From positions 32,001-96,000 of the forward strand of contig CAVSMN010000012.1 in assembly GCA_963729045.1 (NCBI GenBank): a stretch of DNA of 64,000 bases, written 5' to 3'. Below the pieces are notes generated by a model. It was not told the origin of the DNA and ran no database searches. It saw only the letters and a list, made by a program, of their open reading frames with translations. This DNA comes from an uncultured Nitrososphaeraceae archaeon. Its GTDB lineage: Archaea; Thermoproteota; Nitrososphaeria; Nitrososphaerales; Nitrososphaeraceae. The translations under genes were made by a program, and so were the position numbers. How positions within the stretch are numbered: the first letter of the stretch is position 1; each line of letters opens with the position of its first letter. Positions 10,760-21,789 of this stretch are shown here, in pieces.

Positions 10760-11341
10760 CTAGAAGGAATCAAATCCCCCAGTATCCATTCCACCAACGT
10801 CCATATCGCTGTAATCACCTGTATCGCCTGTATCAGATGCCGATCCTGAATCATCAGCTCCCGATCCTCCTGATTCGGCTGCTTGTGCATCACTCTGAGT
10901 ACTTTCAGATGGATTCATTGACATTCCCATAAAAGACATCATAGAGGTAAACATTACTGCGTTTAATAGCCCAGAAAATAGCATCATCGGCATCCACATT
11001 CTGTTATCATTCATATAACTTTGCATTTGACCCTTATTGCCGGTTTCATAGAGTTGTTGGAGATATTTGGATTTATTGACCAGTTCTTGTTTTTTTGATT
11101 CCAGTATTTTGAATCCTGTTTCGGTAACATAAACTTCAATTTTCTTGTTACCAAAAAAGCCTTTTTTTGTCTGCTTGATGATTAGTTTTTGGGTTTGTAA
11201 ATCATTTACAATCAATTCTACTTCATCTTTGGATAACTTTGTAAGCTTGGCTATGTCGTCTATCTTTTTCATACCCCTAGAGATTGCGTCTAATACCATG
11301 AAATGATTCGGACTTTGACTAAATCCATTATCTGGAGACAT
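10760..11341 (-). CDS. Winged-helix protein with Met-rich hydrophobic segment and acidic Gly/Asp tail (copy 1)
   Basis: MarR-like wHTH N-terminus; paralog at 13635..14234. Confidence 0.85.
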   Translation of the reverse strand: MSPDNGFSQSPNHFMVLDAISRGMKKIDDIAKLTKLSKDEVELIVNDLQTQKLIIKQTKKGFFGNKKIEVYVTETGFKILESKKQELVNKSKYLQQLYETGNKGQMQSYMNDNRMWMPMMLFSGLLNAVMFTSMMSFMGMSMNPSESTQSDAQAAESGGSGADDSGSASDTGDTGDYSDMDVGGMDTGGFDSF

Positions 11342-12279
11342 GTATGTGTATAATGAAGAAATTATTTAAGTCTTAAATGGCTGATAACTATTTTCTAATG
11401 ATAAAGACGAATCAAGTCATTGAATGAACTAAATTATACGAACAAAAACATTATCTTCGAGCATTTATACTTTAAATACTCGGCGCTTTTGTAATTTTGT
11501 AACCTCAACAAGAATCATTCAAATCCTGTAATATAATTTTAAAAAGCCAAAGCCTAATTTGACAAGCCTAGTAAGAAAGCATACTCGGTTACTTCTATCT
11601 GAATAAATTCATTGTAAAGCCATCATGCATTGACTTTGCCTCTTTTCTATATTTATTCCCTTTTTTTACCCATTTTCTATGAGATTGAAAAAACAGAAAG
11701 TTGAGAAATGTGTAGCCTCTTCTCAAATCTAATCATTTTAGTCCTATCATTTGTTTCCAATTATTATAGTTATTAAATACAATTTTTCTTCAATTAAAAA
11801 TAGTAATGATATATATTCAACTGTAAAAAGAATTTCAAACTCAAATTTATTTTTGTGATACCTTACAAGAGATAGAGATTGGAATATGCTTCTGGTAACG
11901 ATGATTCCTTTATTCAATGGTTTTGCACCATAAGATTTTTTTTGAGATGGGTCTTATGATCAATTTTCAACTGCTTCCCAACAAAGTATAGCTCTTTGCA
12001 AAACTCAAAATGTTAAACACGATGAGGAACGATCATGAATTCATTTAATTATGAGAATTCGTGGGTAGTAATGGTAGTAACCACACTGTCATAGAGACAG
12101 CTAAAAAATTCATTCTTTGTAATACTATCTTAATAAAATATCAATTATTGTTAGATAAAGTAATTTGTAAATTTTTGACTATAATAAAAAAGCGTAGTCT
12201 TGTTATTTAATATTATTCTGGCAAATAAATTTAGTATCAAGTATCTAAGCTATAATATAGTTAATTTTAACTAAATAGA

Positions 12280-12561
12280 ATGATTATATTGAGTAACATA
12301 ACAAGAATACATAAGATAAGAATTATTTTTGCAACGCTACTTGGGGTTTCTATGATTGCATCACTTGCTACATTTGATTACATGATGGTTCAAGCATCTA
12401 GTGGGAAAAATGACAATGCAGGGCAGCAAGTTGATAAGCAAGGCCAATGGGTTAGCCAGGGAGCACAATGTGTATCTGGAGAGGATGTTCGGTTTGCATG
12501 TAATAACGTTGGAATTCAATCACAAGAACAACGAGGCCATTTGGCAGCAGGTCAGCAGTGA
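12280..12561 (+). CDS. Secreted Q/N-rich CVSG-x5-ACNN repeat protein (single repeat)
   Basis: Signal peptide; QGQWVSQGAQCVSGEDVRFACNNVGIQSQ motif shared with 15994 and 34167. Confidence 0.8.
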   Translation: MIILSNITRIHKIRIIFATLLGVSMIASLATFDYMMVQASSGKNDNAGQQVDKQGQWVSQGAQCVSGEDVRFACNNVGIQSQEQRGHLAAGQQ

Positions 12562-12912
12562 CCTTTTTTTGATATACTAATCAAGCGTTCATAAAATGTG
12601 CTTTCCTTATGATAGTTTCTTGGTTCTAATTACAAGTTATTTGCAATTCAACTTTTTGAATTATTTTAGATTATATTAAATGAAGTTCCTCAAAGGCAAA
12701 AATATGACTAGGCCAGGGTTCTTTCAGAAGGATAAGTTTGGGACGAGTAATCTCGTATTAATATATTGATAATATTACAACTTATAGAACTAAAAGAATA
12801 GATATGCTTTATATCCATAAAATCATTTAGGTGTAGATTTGTACCAAAATAAATCTATCAAATGTTTAGGATCAACAATAAATAGCCGAGTGTTAACTAC
12901 CAGAATGTAAAT

Positions 12913-13324
12913 ATGATAAGAATGGTTTTGCTATTCATATTTTTTTCGCTCCTTCTTCTCAGTTATTATGGGGTAGTATGGAGTATTCAAGACAGCAATT
13001 CTACAATCACAATAAATCCTGGAGCTACAAATAGCGCTAGTCAAAATCCAATAGCTCCTAGAAATACAACTGTGTCAGAGGGATCAACTATTATTTGGCT
13101 TAATAATGATTCCACTCCACATCTAATAGTATCTGGAACGCCAGATCAAGGTCCATCAAACATATTTTATGGAGATTATATTCGGTGCCGGTGAATCATA
13201 CAATATAACCTTCGATAATGCTGGAGTTTACAACTATTACGATCCCACTTGGAGTCATATTAAAGGTCAAATAACTGTAGTACCAAACAACGAAACAGAT
13301 GTGGAAAATAATGATGGGGGCTAA
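12913..13324 (+). CDS. Secreted cupredoxin-fold protein, frameshifted near 13180
   Basis: TVSEGSTIIWLNNDSTPH, then in the shifted frame FGAGESYNITFDNAGVYNYYDPTWSHIKGQITV; stop at 13324. Confidence 0.8.
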
Positions 13325-13634
13325 GCAAGCAATTATTGGTCATGGTACTACCAAGTAGTACCAATTAATCATCATTTGAATTATTTCCATAACATATTCG
13401 ATCAAGCCAGTGAATTGATAATTTATCTCGATTCTAAGAGCAAATAACATATCATCGGCAATAGGGTAAATCATCTAACTCGTTTATCTTCTATAGTGAT
13501 TCAAAGTGGATGAGGAATCACTCATGTCAAATCAAAAATTCCTCTGCTGACAGGATGTAGTAACAGCCGATTATTCATAAAAATCGATTTTGGCTGTGAT
13601 CTAAAAAAAATAATCGTTATTGAATTATCTCATT

Positions 13635-14234
13635 CTAGAATGAATCAAATCCTCCGGTATCCATTCCGCTATCAGCACCCATATCGCTAAAACCACCTGT
13701 GTCACCTGTATCTGATGCACCTGTATCCGATGCGGCTCCTGAATCTTCAGCCCCAGCTCCTCCTGAATCATCTACTTGCCCTTCAGTTTGAGCACTTTCC
13801 GCTGGGTTCATTGCCATTCCCATAAAGGCCATCATAGATCCAAACATTACCATACTCATTAGCCCAGAAAATAACATCATCGGCATCCAGCTCCTATTAT
13901 CGTCCATCATGCTCTGCATTTGACCCCTATTACCGGTTTCATAGAGTTGTTGAAGCCTTTGAGATGTATGTGACAGTTCCTGTTTTTTTGAATCTAGCAG
14001 TTTCATGCCTGTTTCTGAAATATGAAACTCAGTTTTCTTGTTGCCAAAAAAACCCTTCTTAACTACTGCGTTAATCAATTTCTGATTTCTTAGGTCATTT
14101 ACTATCAATTCTACTTCATCTTTGGATAACTTTGTAACTTTGGCAATGCTGTCTATCTTTTTCATACCCCTAGAGATTGCGTCTAATACCATGAAATGAT
14201 TCGGACTTTGACTAAAATTATTATTTGAAGACAT
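13635..14234 (-). CDS. Winged-helix protein with Met-rich hydrophobic segment and acidic tail (copy 2)
   Basis: Close paralog of 10760..11341 with the same GGFDSF C-terminus. Confidence 0.85.
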   Translation of the reverse strand: MSSNNNFSQSPNHFMVLDAISRGMKKIDSIAKVTKLSKDEVELIVNDLRNQKLINAVVKKGFFGNKKTEFHISETGMKLLDSKKQELSHTSQRLQQLYETGNRGQMQSMMDDNRSWMPMMLFSGLMSMVMFGSMMAFMGMAMNPAESAQTEGQVDDSGGAGAEDSGAASDTGASDTGDTGGFSDMGADSGMDTGGFDSF

Positions 14235-14337
14235 AATTATTTATGAACAAATAATTATTTAAACTATAGATGTTTTCATGTTTGAATTTTATATCTATCT
14301 TGAGAAACGATGTATAAGAACCAAGTTCATGTTTATA

Positions 14338-14544
14338 TTATCTATATTCAGCTGGAGCAGTCGCATTAGACATGTTAGTACCTAAATTCGATGTCAAATT
14401 GCCAGTTAGGCCTGGTTCGATTGCTGTTCCTGTTTGATTATTGTCAATTGGCTGTTCTATTGCTAATGCAGGGACCAGAATTCCGCCAAACGTAGTGATG
14501 GATACAATAACTCCTATCAATGCAAAAACATTCAAAATCCTCAT
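14338..14544 (-). CDS. Small secreted protein
   Basis: Signal peptide ending ALA; several NxT/S sequons. Confidence 0.65.
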   Translation of the reverse strand: MRILNVFALIGVIVSITTFGGILVPALAIEQPIDNNQTGTAIEPGLTGNLTSNLGTNMSNATAPAEYR

Positions 14545-14803
14545 AGAATTATAGGATCAGCATATTATATAACATACATACTCCTATTATCTTCATTTTT
14601 CGTAAACCCCTCCTATGATATGATCTGAGGATTTCATATGATAAATTCTAGTGCTTTGGGATGTCTCCTGCGCTCCTCTAATAATTATTGTCCATAACTG
14701 TACATTTTTTATTTCGTCTGTACTCATACGACCTAGAATATTGTTTGCAAATAATTGCAATTGAAACTTAATGTTTAATTCTCTTCAACTAAACCTGCTT
14801 ATA

Positions 14804-14971
14804 TTGGGTTGTAAAGGACTGTGCGTAAGATACGATAGAGTAGGCGGAGGAAAAGAATCTGTTTATGCTTTGGGATATAAACGGTGCTCAGGATGCAGTT
14901 TATACATTAAATTTAGCGGTACCCGCTGTCCATGTTGTAATTATCCTCTGCGAACTAAAAAGAGAAATTAA
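14804..14971 (+). CDS. Small Cys-rich zinc-finger protein
   Basis: CKGLC...RCSGC...RCPCC...LRTK; TTG start inferred. Confidence 0.7.
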   Translation: MGCKGLCVRYDRVGGGKESVYALGYKRCSGCSLYIKFSGTRCPCCNYPLRTKKRN

Positions 14972-15035
14972 TAAGTCAAGTGCTAGATCTAAACAAACAA
15001 AGGATATTATTATATTACTGGGAAAATTCTTTTGG

Positions 15036-15587
15036 ATGCATGACATTGGTAATTCGAGTTCGGGCGAATCCAAAAAAACTGCTACCATGACGTTTAGGAT
15101 CGACGAAAATGTATTAAATGTCTTGAGGGCCGAATCGGATAGAAGTCAAATTACCTTAAACAGTCTAGTAAACCAGCTCCTCAAACGCTATGTTGACTGG
15201 GATATGTTCGAACCAAAAGTTGGTATGATTCCAATAGCAAAGCCAATAGTGGTTGAATTATTTAAAAAGATGAGTAAGGAGGAGATATCGAATATGGCTG
15301 TGAATATCGGTAAGGATGTCGTTCATGACATCGCACTTTTTATGAAGAACCGTATGGACCTTGAATCATTTCTTTCATGGTTTGAAACAAGAATGGCTAG
15401 TTCATTGACTGAAACTAATCACACGGTGCAAGATGGTTATAATGTCTACGTTTTAAAGCATGAACTTGGGGAAAATTGGTCATTATATCATAAAATTATA
15501 TTAGAATTAATGTTCAATGAAATATTCAATATGAAAGTAGATATTACGATAAGCAGTACAACAATTAGATTCAAGTTTAGAAGTTAA
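15036..15587 (+). CDS. Ribbon-helix-helix-type regulator-like protein
   Basis: TMTFRIDENVLNVLRAES...LNSLVNQLLKRY RHH pattern plus C-terminal domain; start MHDIG preferred over 14865. Confidence 0.75.
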   Translation: MHDIGNSSSGESKKTATMTFRIDENVLNVLRAESDRSQITLNSLVNQLLKRYVDWDMFEPKVGMIPIAKPIVVELFKKMSKEEISNMAVNIGKDVVHDIALFMKNRMDLESFLSWFETRMASSLTETNHTVQDGYNVYVLKHELGENWSLYHKIILELMFNEIFNMKVDITISSTTIRFKFRS

Positions 15588-15993
15588 ATAGCCAAAACCG
15601 CCAACCATTTTAATGTTTTCTGATAATCAACTTTATGATATCTGTAGTTTATATAATTACTGACAGTATCGTTGATCATCCCATCTTAATTAACTATTTC
15701 AAAGAATTTATAGAAAACAAGCAAATAATGAATCAATCTCAGAATCCAGATCCAGTAATGTCATACTGACATTTTGAAATTGAATCTAATATGCGATGTT
15801 CACAATAAGTATACTTTAAGGTGGAGTATGTGTTTTTATGAAGCTTGGAATTCGCTTCCAATCATCTTATTGTTTTACAAATCCTCATTTCTTACAAAAA
15901 GTACGTTACCAAATTATACAATAATATTCTATAACTTTTTTACTAATAAATATTCTATAAATCTCTATATAGTTTTTTACATAGAATAATTAG

Positions 15994-16446
15994 ATGAATA
16001 ACAAATCGTTTGCAAATAAAGCTATAATTACGACAACCGCACTGGCAATCTCATTCATACTTTTGATGGGACCTACATCGATGACACTAGATGTTTTTGC
16101 TCAAGGCAACTCACTTAACCAAGGAATCGGCCAATCACAGGCTTCAACCCAATTAGGAATTTGTGTATCAGGCGACGGAACTCTAATTTCATGTAACAAC
16201 CTTAGCTTACAAAACCAAGAAAATGAAGGAAACAATGTAGCAGCACAAAGCGGAGGAAATGGTAATGGTAATGACCACGATGACGATAACGGCGGCAACA
16301 GCGCCAACCAAGGAATCGGCCAATCACAAGACTCTGATCAAAGAAGTGGAGTAGTCTCTGGTGACGATTCAGATAGGATCAGTAACAACGTAAACGTACA
16401 AAACCAAGAAAATGAAGGAAACAATGTAGCAGGACAACAAGATTAA
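15994..16446 (+). CDS. Secreted Q/N/G-rich protein with two VSG-x5-NN repeats
   Basis: Signal peptide ending VFAQ; 63-aa internal duplication with identical DNA blocks 16117-16139/16306-16328 and 16208-16243/16397-16432. Confidence 0.85.
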   Translation: MNNKSFANKAIITTTALAISFILLMGPTSMTLDVFAQGNSLNQGIGQSQASTQLGICVSGDGTLISCNNLSLQNQENEGNNVAAQSGGNGNGNDHDDDNGGNSANQGIGQSQDSDQRSGVVSGDDSDRISNNVNVQNQENEGNNVAGQQD

Positions 16447-16897
16447 CCACTAAAATAACCCTACATTTTTTATTTTTTTCTGAAATATTAATTTAAAGTA
16501 TACAATATCATATATCCATGCCATTTCTAATGGAATGTAAAGGTTGTCGGTAACAATTAGATGGAAATCTGATAAAATATTATTAATTAATAAACAATTA
16601 TTTCCCTCATAAAAAAGATGCTACTAATTGATCTGAAGTCATTGTACCTTATTTAAAAGACTTAATCATTGTCAAATGGGAAGAAAGTTTTGATATCAAA
16701 ATGCTCAATATGATTGGTTGTTTGATGTGCGCGTTCAATTCGTTTGAACAATTCTGATTTCTGGCTCTAGTTTCCGAAAAAGTCTGTTACTTCAGAAAAA
16801 AGGGTTGTTCTTTTGTTTTTCGCCTACTCAACGAAATGTTCATCCTTTATTGTGAAGCATTTGTATATGATGGTTTAGATATCATATTTAAGGAAAT

Positions 16898-18316
16898 TTG
16901 AATTACAAATGGTTAGCATTAAGTAATACAACTATTGGTACCCTCATGGCATCTCTTGATAGGAATATAATAATAATAGCTCTTCCATCAATTGCCAGCG
17001 AATTACACACCTCTCTTATTACACTCGTCTGGATAGCAATTGGGTATTGGGTAGTAACGGCTTCAATGTTATTGACCTTTGGTAGACTTGCTGATATGTT
17101 TGGGAGAGTCAAATTGTATAATCTAGGATTTGCATTGTTTACAATTGGCTCCGGACTTTGTTGTGTGTCTCAAACAGGAGAACAATTGATTGTTTTTCGG
17201 ATTATCCAAGCATTTGGAGCCGCTTTTATTTTTTCAAACAGCTCCGCCATTCTGTCGGACGCATTCCCAGAGTCTGAGAGGGGAAAAGCTTTGGGAATAA
17301 ATCAAATATCTATTGTAGTAGGGTCAATCATGGGCTTAGTCATCGGTGGGGCTTTAACGTCATATTTTGGATGGAGATCTATATTCTGGGTAAATATTCC
17401 TATAGGAATATTTGCTACGTTATGGGCATTCTCAAAACTAAAAGAATTAGGAACAATAAAAAAGGAAAAAATTGACTGGCTGGGAAATTTGTTGTTTGCT
17501 GGGGGATTGGTAGTCCTGTTAGTTGGAATCACTTTCGGCTCTTTTCATCTTTTAAACATATTTGAAATTACCTTGTTTATATCGGGTGGGATCTCTTTGT
17601 TAGTACTATTTTATATGAATGAGAAAAAAGTGAGTTTCCCAATGATGGACCTCACCTTATTTAGGCTTAGACTCTTTACCAGTAGTAATATTGCGATTTT
17701 CTTTAATTCCCTTGCTCGTGGAGCCTTCACTTTCGTGATGGTGTTTTACCTTCAGGGACCAACGATGCTCCTAAACCCATTAGATTCGGGCATTTATCTG
17801 ATTCCAGTCTCCCTTTCATTGGCGATAGTTGCTCCAATAACTGGTTGGTTTTTTGATAAATATAGGTCTCAAATTATCTCTCAGACAGGATTGATAATTT
17901 CTGCAATAGGTTTTATTTTGTTGACTGCTATGGGATCAAGGATTTCATACGTAGATGCTATACTGCCACTTGCACTCATAGGAGCAGGAATGGGTATATT
18001 TACGTCACCTAATCGAGCCACCATAATGAACTCAGTACCTCCAAATAGAAGAGGAGTAGCAGCCGGTATCAGCACTACACTGGTCATGACTGGAAGTGCA
18101 TTTAGTATCGGATTGGTTTTTTTGATATTTTCCGCTTTGCTACCCTCGGAGTCTGTCGATGTCATCTTTTCAGGTTCTACTGACTACGCAAGTCATAATT
18201 CAATTCAATTCAATGACACCAACATAGACAAATTTATTTTATCTATTCACGTAATATTCATAGTTTCTGCTCTATTGATGATATCTTCAGTATTGATTCA
18301 GCGTAAAATGAAATGA
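16898..18316 (+). CDS. MFS transporter, DHA2 (EmrB/QacA-like)
   Basis: GRLADMFGR motif A, WRSIFWVNIPIG, about 14 TM helices. Confidence 0.93.
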   Translation: MNYKWLALSNTTIGTLMASLDRNIIIIALPSIASELHTSLITLVWIAIGYWVVTASMLLTFGRLADMFGRVKLYNLGFALFTIGSGLCCVSQTGEQLIVFRIIQAFGAAFIFSNSSAILSDAFPESERGKALGINQISIVVGSIMGLVIGGALTSYFGWRSIFWVNIPIGIFATLWAFSKLKELGTIKKEKIDWLGNLLFAGGLVVLLVGITFGSFHLLNIFEITLFISGGISLLVLFYMNEKKVSFPMMDLTLFRLRLFTSSNIAIFFNSLARGAFTFVMVFYLQGPTMLLNPLDSGIYLIPVSLSLAIVAPITGWFFDKYRSQIISQTGLIISAIGFILLTAMGSRISYVDAILPLALIGAGMGIFTSPNRATIMNSVPPNRRGVAAGISTTLVMTGSAFSIGLVFLIFSALLPSESVDVIFSGSTDYASHNSIQFNDTNIDKFILSIHVIFIVSALLMISSVLIQRKMK

Positions 18317-18592
18317 GCGAATCTGGAGCAAAACTTGTTTCTTTTTCATTTATTTTAAGATGGATACGGCCTAGTGCGCTCTTATTTTCTAGATTAACGA
18401 TTATTAGTAACCTATTCTAATTAGATCTAACTATACTATTTATATTAGACGACATCCATTAATCTACCTAGTGATAAAAAAATTATCATCAAAAACAAAT
18501 GAGAATTCGCAGATCTATTTGTTAAAACCTTTTTGCTTTTCTGATGCACCGGTTATTTCCCACTGGTTATCATTAAAGGAGGGGTTTTCTAA

Positions 18593-19552
18593 ATAATACC
18601 GTTTGATTATGAGAATGAAAACATAATCATAAATGCAGTTGAAAAAGTCAACAAAGATGTAGTAAATATAGCCAGCGTAAGAATGGTCAAAGATCAATTA
18701 TTACGAATATTTCCTGTAGAAGGGGTAGGTTCGGGAGTAATAATAGATAAGAAAGGTTACATATTGACAAATAATCATGTCATTGAGAAGGCAAACAAGT
18801 TAAAAGTTACAACCACCGACGGAAACATTTATGACGGAATGGTAGTTGGAACAGACCCTATTACTGATTTAGCTATAATCAAGATCGAATCCAAAGATGC
18901 GTTATCTTACGCGGAATTAGGCAATTCAGATGAATTGAAAATAGGACAAATAGTAATTGCGATCGGGAATCCTTTTGGTTTGGATGGGGGTCCATCCGTT
19001 ACCGCAGGAATTATTAGCTCTTTAAGCAGAAAATTGCAGTTTGAGCGAGGTATTATGGAGCTTGTTCAAACTGATGCATCGATCAATCCTGGTAATTCAG
19101 GGGGTCCACTCATAAATACCAAAGGGCAAGTGATTGGAATAAATACTGCGAAAATGCCCTATGCACAAGGTATAGGATTTGCAGTGCCGATAAATGTTGC
19201 AAAGTTGATAATAAATGATTTAATAATGAATGGACGCGTTACCAATAGGCCATGGATAGGTATTTCCACAATAAAGATTACAAGTGAATTGGCAAATTCT
19301 TATGGACTACCAACCAACCAGGGATCTTTAATCGCAGAGGTACAAAGAGATGGTCCCGCTTACATTGCCGATTTGCGTAAAGGAGATATTATTGAATCAG
19401 TAGATGGGATAAAAATAATTGATCCATATCAGATTTCTAACCATATCCGAAAAAGGAACATTAAAGACCGAATAATTATTCAAATCAATAGATATGGAAA
19501 AAAAATGGATAAGGAAATCCAATTAATGCCTCATCCCACAAATCTTAATTAA
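18593..19552 (+). CDS. HtrA/DegP-family serine protease with PDZ domain
   Basis: TNNHV, DLAIIK and GNSGGPL catalytic triad motifs; C-terminal PDZ; frame open upstream of ATG 18683 to ATA 18593. Confidence 0.93.
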   Translation: MIPFDYENENIIINAVEKVNKDVVNIASVRMVKDQLLRIFPVEGVGSGVIIDKKGYILTNNHVIEKANKLKVTTTDGNIYDGMVVGTDPITDLAIIKIESKDALSYAELGNSDELKIGQIVIAIGNPFGLDGGPSVTAGIISSLSRKLQFERGIMELVQTDASINPGNSGGPLINTKGQVIGINTAKMPYAQGIGFAVPINVAKLIINDLIMNGRVTNRPWIGISTIKITSELANSYGLPTNQGSLIAEVQRDGPAYIADLRKGDIIESVDGIKIIDPYQISNHIRKRNIKDRIIIQINRYGKKMDKEIQLMPHPTNLN

Positions 19553-19787
19553 ATAGTTCCTAGAGTAACGTTTTCTGGCTTAGCTGCAGCAAGACCATAC
19601 CAGACCAATTCTATTTTAGATACACATATGCCCATATCCATATTTTTGATATATTCTTCAGATGAATTTGTTCGATACTAGTAGGAGGTTCTTATTCACA
19701 TAGAGTTACTAGATTGCTGTTGACCAATACTAAATATACTTCAAAATAAAACACAAGAATTTGTCTTGTCTATTCCTCATTTATCAT

Positions 19788-20393
19788 CTATTGTAAACCG
19801 TGCTCCAAGTCTTCAAAGAATGCTATTTTAGATAGTGGTTTTCTCTCCCTGGGTTTTGTATTTTTGACTTTGAATTTTTCTGGTAAGCTATCATTCGTAC
19901 CTTGATATCCTATGGCTATCATAATTCCCACTTCATAATCGTCAGGTATCTTGAATACCTCTTTTGCTAATGTTATGTTAAATCCGCCCATCTCATGCAT
20001 AATCAAACCTTGATTAAAACTTTCCAAGAACATATTCTCATTTGCAGCTCCTAGGTCATGAAAATAAAGTCTATTTGGATCTTGACTTTCTGTATAGGTT
20101 TTTTTTGTGATGGCGCAAATCAATATAGGTGCTTGTTTTGCAAATGAATTTGATTCAAGTAGCACAGATTGAGCCTCAAATAATTTACTGGGATTGTCAC
20201 TAGTAAAAACAATGTAACGCCAGGGTTGTTCGTTTCTAGAAGATGGTGTCCACCTTGCTGCCTCTAGGATCGAAAAAAGTTTTGTTTTCTCCACCTTTCT
20301 TGTCGAAAATGCACGAGCACTCCATCTTTTTCTTAATAGATCATGAATAGGATAATCAGTTATCGCATGATTATCTATAATGCCCTTTTCCAA
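19788..20393 (-). CDS. Nitroreductase family protein
   Basis: RWSARAF, AARWTPSSRNEQPW and IAIGY motifs. Confidence 0.92.
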   Translation of the reverse strand: MEKGIIDNHAITDYPIHDLLRKRWSARAFSTRKVEKTKLFSILEAARWTPSSRNEQPWRYIVFTSDNPSKLFEAQSVLLESNSFAKQAPILICAITKKTYTESQDPNRLYFHDLGAANENMFLESFNQGLIMHEMGGFNITLAKEVFKIPDDYEVGIMIAIGYQGTNDSLPEKFKVKNTKPRERKPLSKIAFFEDLEHGLQ

Positions 20394-20540
20394 ATTCGAT
20401 CAATAAATAAATCCATAATTCACTAATTAAAGTTCTTAACTGGTCCTACTGTTTGAAGGGTACTGTGAATAGACCATGATAAATCTCATGACCTAATTCT
20501 TCATTATTACTTTCTGGAAATTGTGGTTTTCCTTCTTTTA

Positions 20541-20978
20541 TTATTTGTTAATTTTCTTACTTGTTACTCCATCTTCTTCAATTTCTTGATCAGCTTGTTG
20601 GTTTCTTATGTTCAATTTTGCAACCCGGGGGGTGGCCATGGCAAATTGAACATGAAAACAAGTAGATGACTGACAGAGCGAACAACGTAATTTTTCCTCA
20701 TTAAAATGGATTTCCGTAACCTTATTTTCTTTAGAGTCTTTAATGTAAAGAGTGTCCCTAGTGCACCCCTCCTCTGACAAGAAAGGGGCATAGTGTCTCA
20801 AAAATTCATCCTTTTCTAGTATCTCATGTAGTAACTCGTTTACAAATCCTCCAAAGTGTTCATTAATATAGGGATTTCTTTCTCTTTCCCTCTTCCATTT
20901 ACTTCTTAACTCTTTTACAATGTTAACTCTTAAAGTAATCAATTCAGCAGAATTTGATCTAGGCATCTTTCTAGTCAT
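20541..20978 (-). CDS. Hypothetical protein with RHH-like N-terminus and SWIM-like Zn finger
   Basis: CSLCQSSTCFHV (CxxC-x4-CxH). Confidence 0.65.
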   Translation of the reverse strand: MTRKMPRSNSAELITLRVNIVKELRSKWKRERERNPYINEHFGGFVNELLHEILEKDEFLRHYAPFLSEEGCTRDTLYIKDSKENKVTEIHFNEEKLRCSLCQSSTCFHVQFAMATPRVAKLNIRNQQADQEIEEDGVTSKKINK

Positions 20979-21124
20979 GATACACGCAAGCGATATATAA
21001 CTTTAATAATCAATGAAGTACAGTAAATACAGTATATTATGCAGTGTAAGATGAGTTAGTTTCCATACCTTTTTCTTTATATCCTGGTGTCTAAACAGAT
21101 GAAATTAAATACCTAAAGATTTCT

Positions 21125-21754
21125 TTGTTAATAATGCATACTAAGCTTGTTATTTTTGGTATCCTTCCTTTATCATTATTGCTATTATTGATGGGAACAA
21201 TGAACTTTCAACAAGCATATGTCGAAGCACAATCAAATTCGACCCAAACATTCACTTCCCCCAACAATACATTTAATCTCAATTATCCATTAGACTGGGA
21301 AATAGCTCCAAGAAATTCTAGTTTCCCATATTATGGAGAAACTACAGCATTAGTCCTTCGACCAATAATGGACGAGCCTGTCACTCCATTAAATGAAACA
21401 TTTTTTAGTATTTCTGTTAGCGATGTAAAGAGGTTGCTAGAAGATAATAAGTCATTACCAGCAGAGTTCCTAGACAAATTAGTCGCTGATAAGATAAATT
21501 CTTTTGAAGATCCATCTTCAATATATGGAAACTTGAATGTAAAACTGCTTGGAAATAACTACACCAGACTTGGTGATCAGCCTGCCAAAGAGTTGACCTT
21601 CCTTACCCAAAATCTCGGAACCTTCGAAGTCGATACATATGCTATCTATAATGACCAATTGTATCATGTCAATTTCATGGGTCCACAGTCAAAAGTGTCC
21701 GAAATGTATAAAGAGTTTCAACAAATTAAAGATTCATTTAGATTCTTACCATAG
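21125..21754 (+). CDS. Secreted PsbP-like protein
   Basis: Signal peptide; FNLNYPLDW and FQQIKDSFRF terminal motifs. Confidence 0.75.
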   Translation: MLIMHTKLVIFGILPLSLLLLLMGTMNFQQAYVEAQSNSTQTFTSPNNTFNLNYPLDWEIAPRNSSFPYYGETTALVLRPIMDEPVTPLNETFFSISVSDVKRLLEDNKSLPAEFLDKLVADKINSFEDPSSIYGNLNVKLLGNNYTRLGDQPAKELTFLTQNLGTFEVDTYAIYNDQLYHVNFMGPQSKVSEMYKEFQQIKDSFRFLP

Positions 21755-21789
21755 GATTCTATCTATGAGTCTCGCTAAGACCACCTTAA

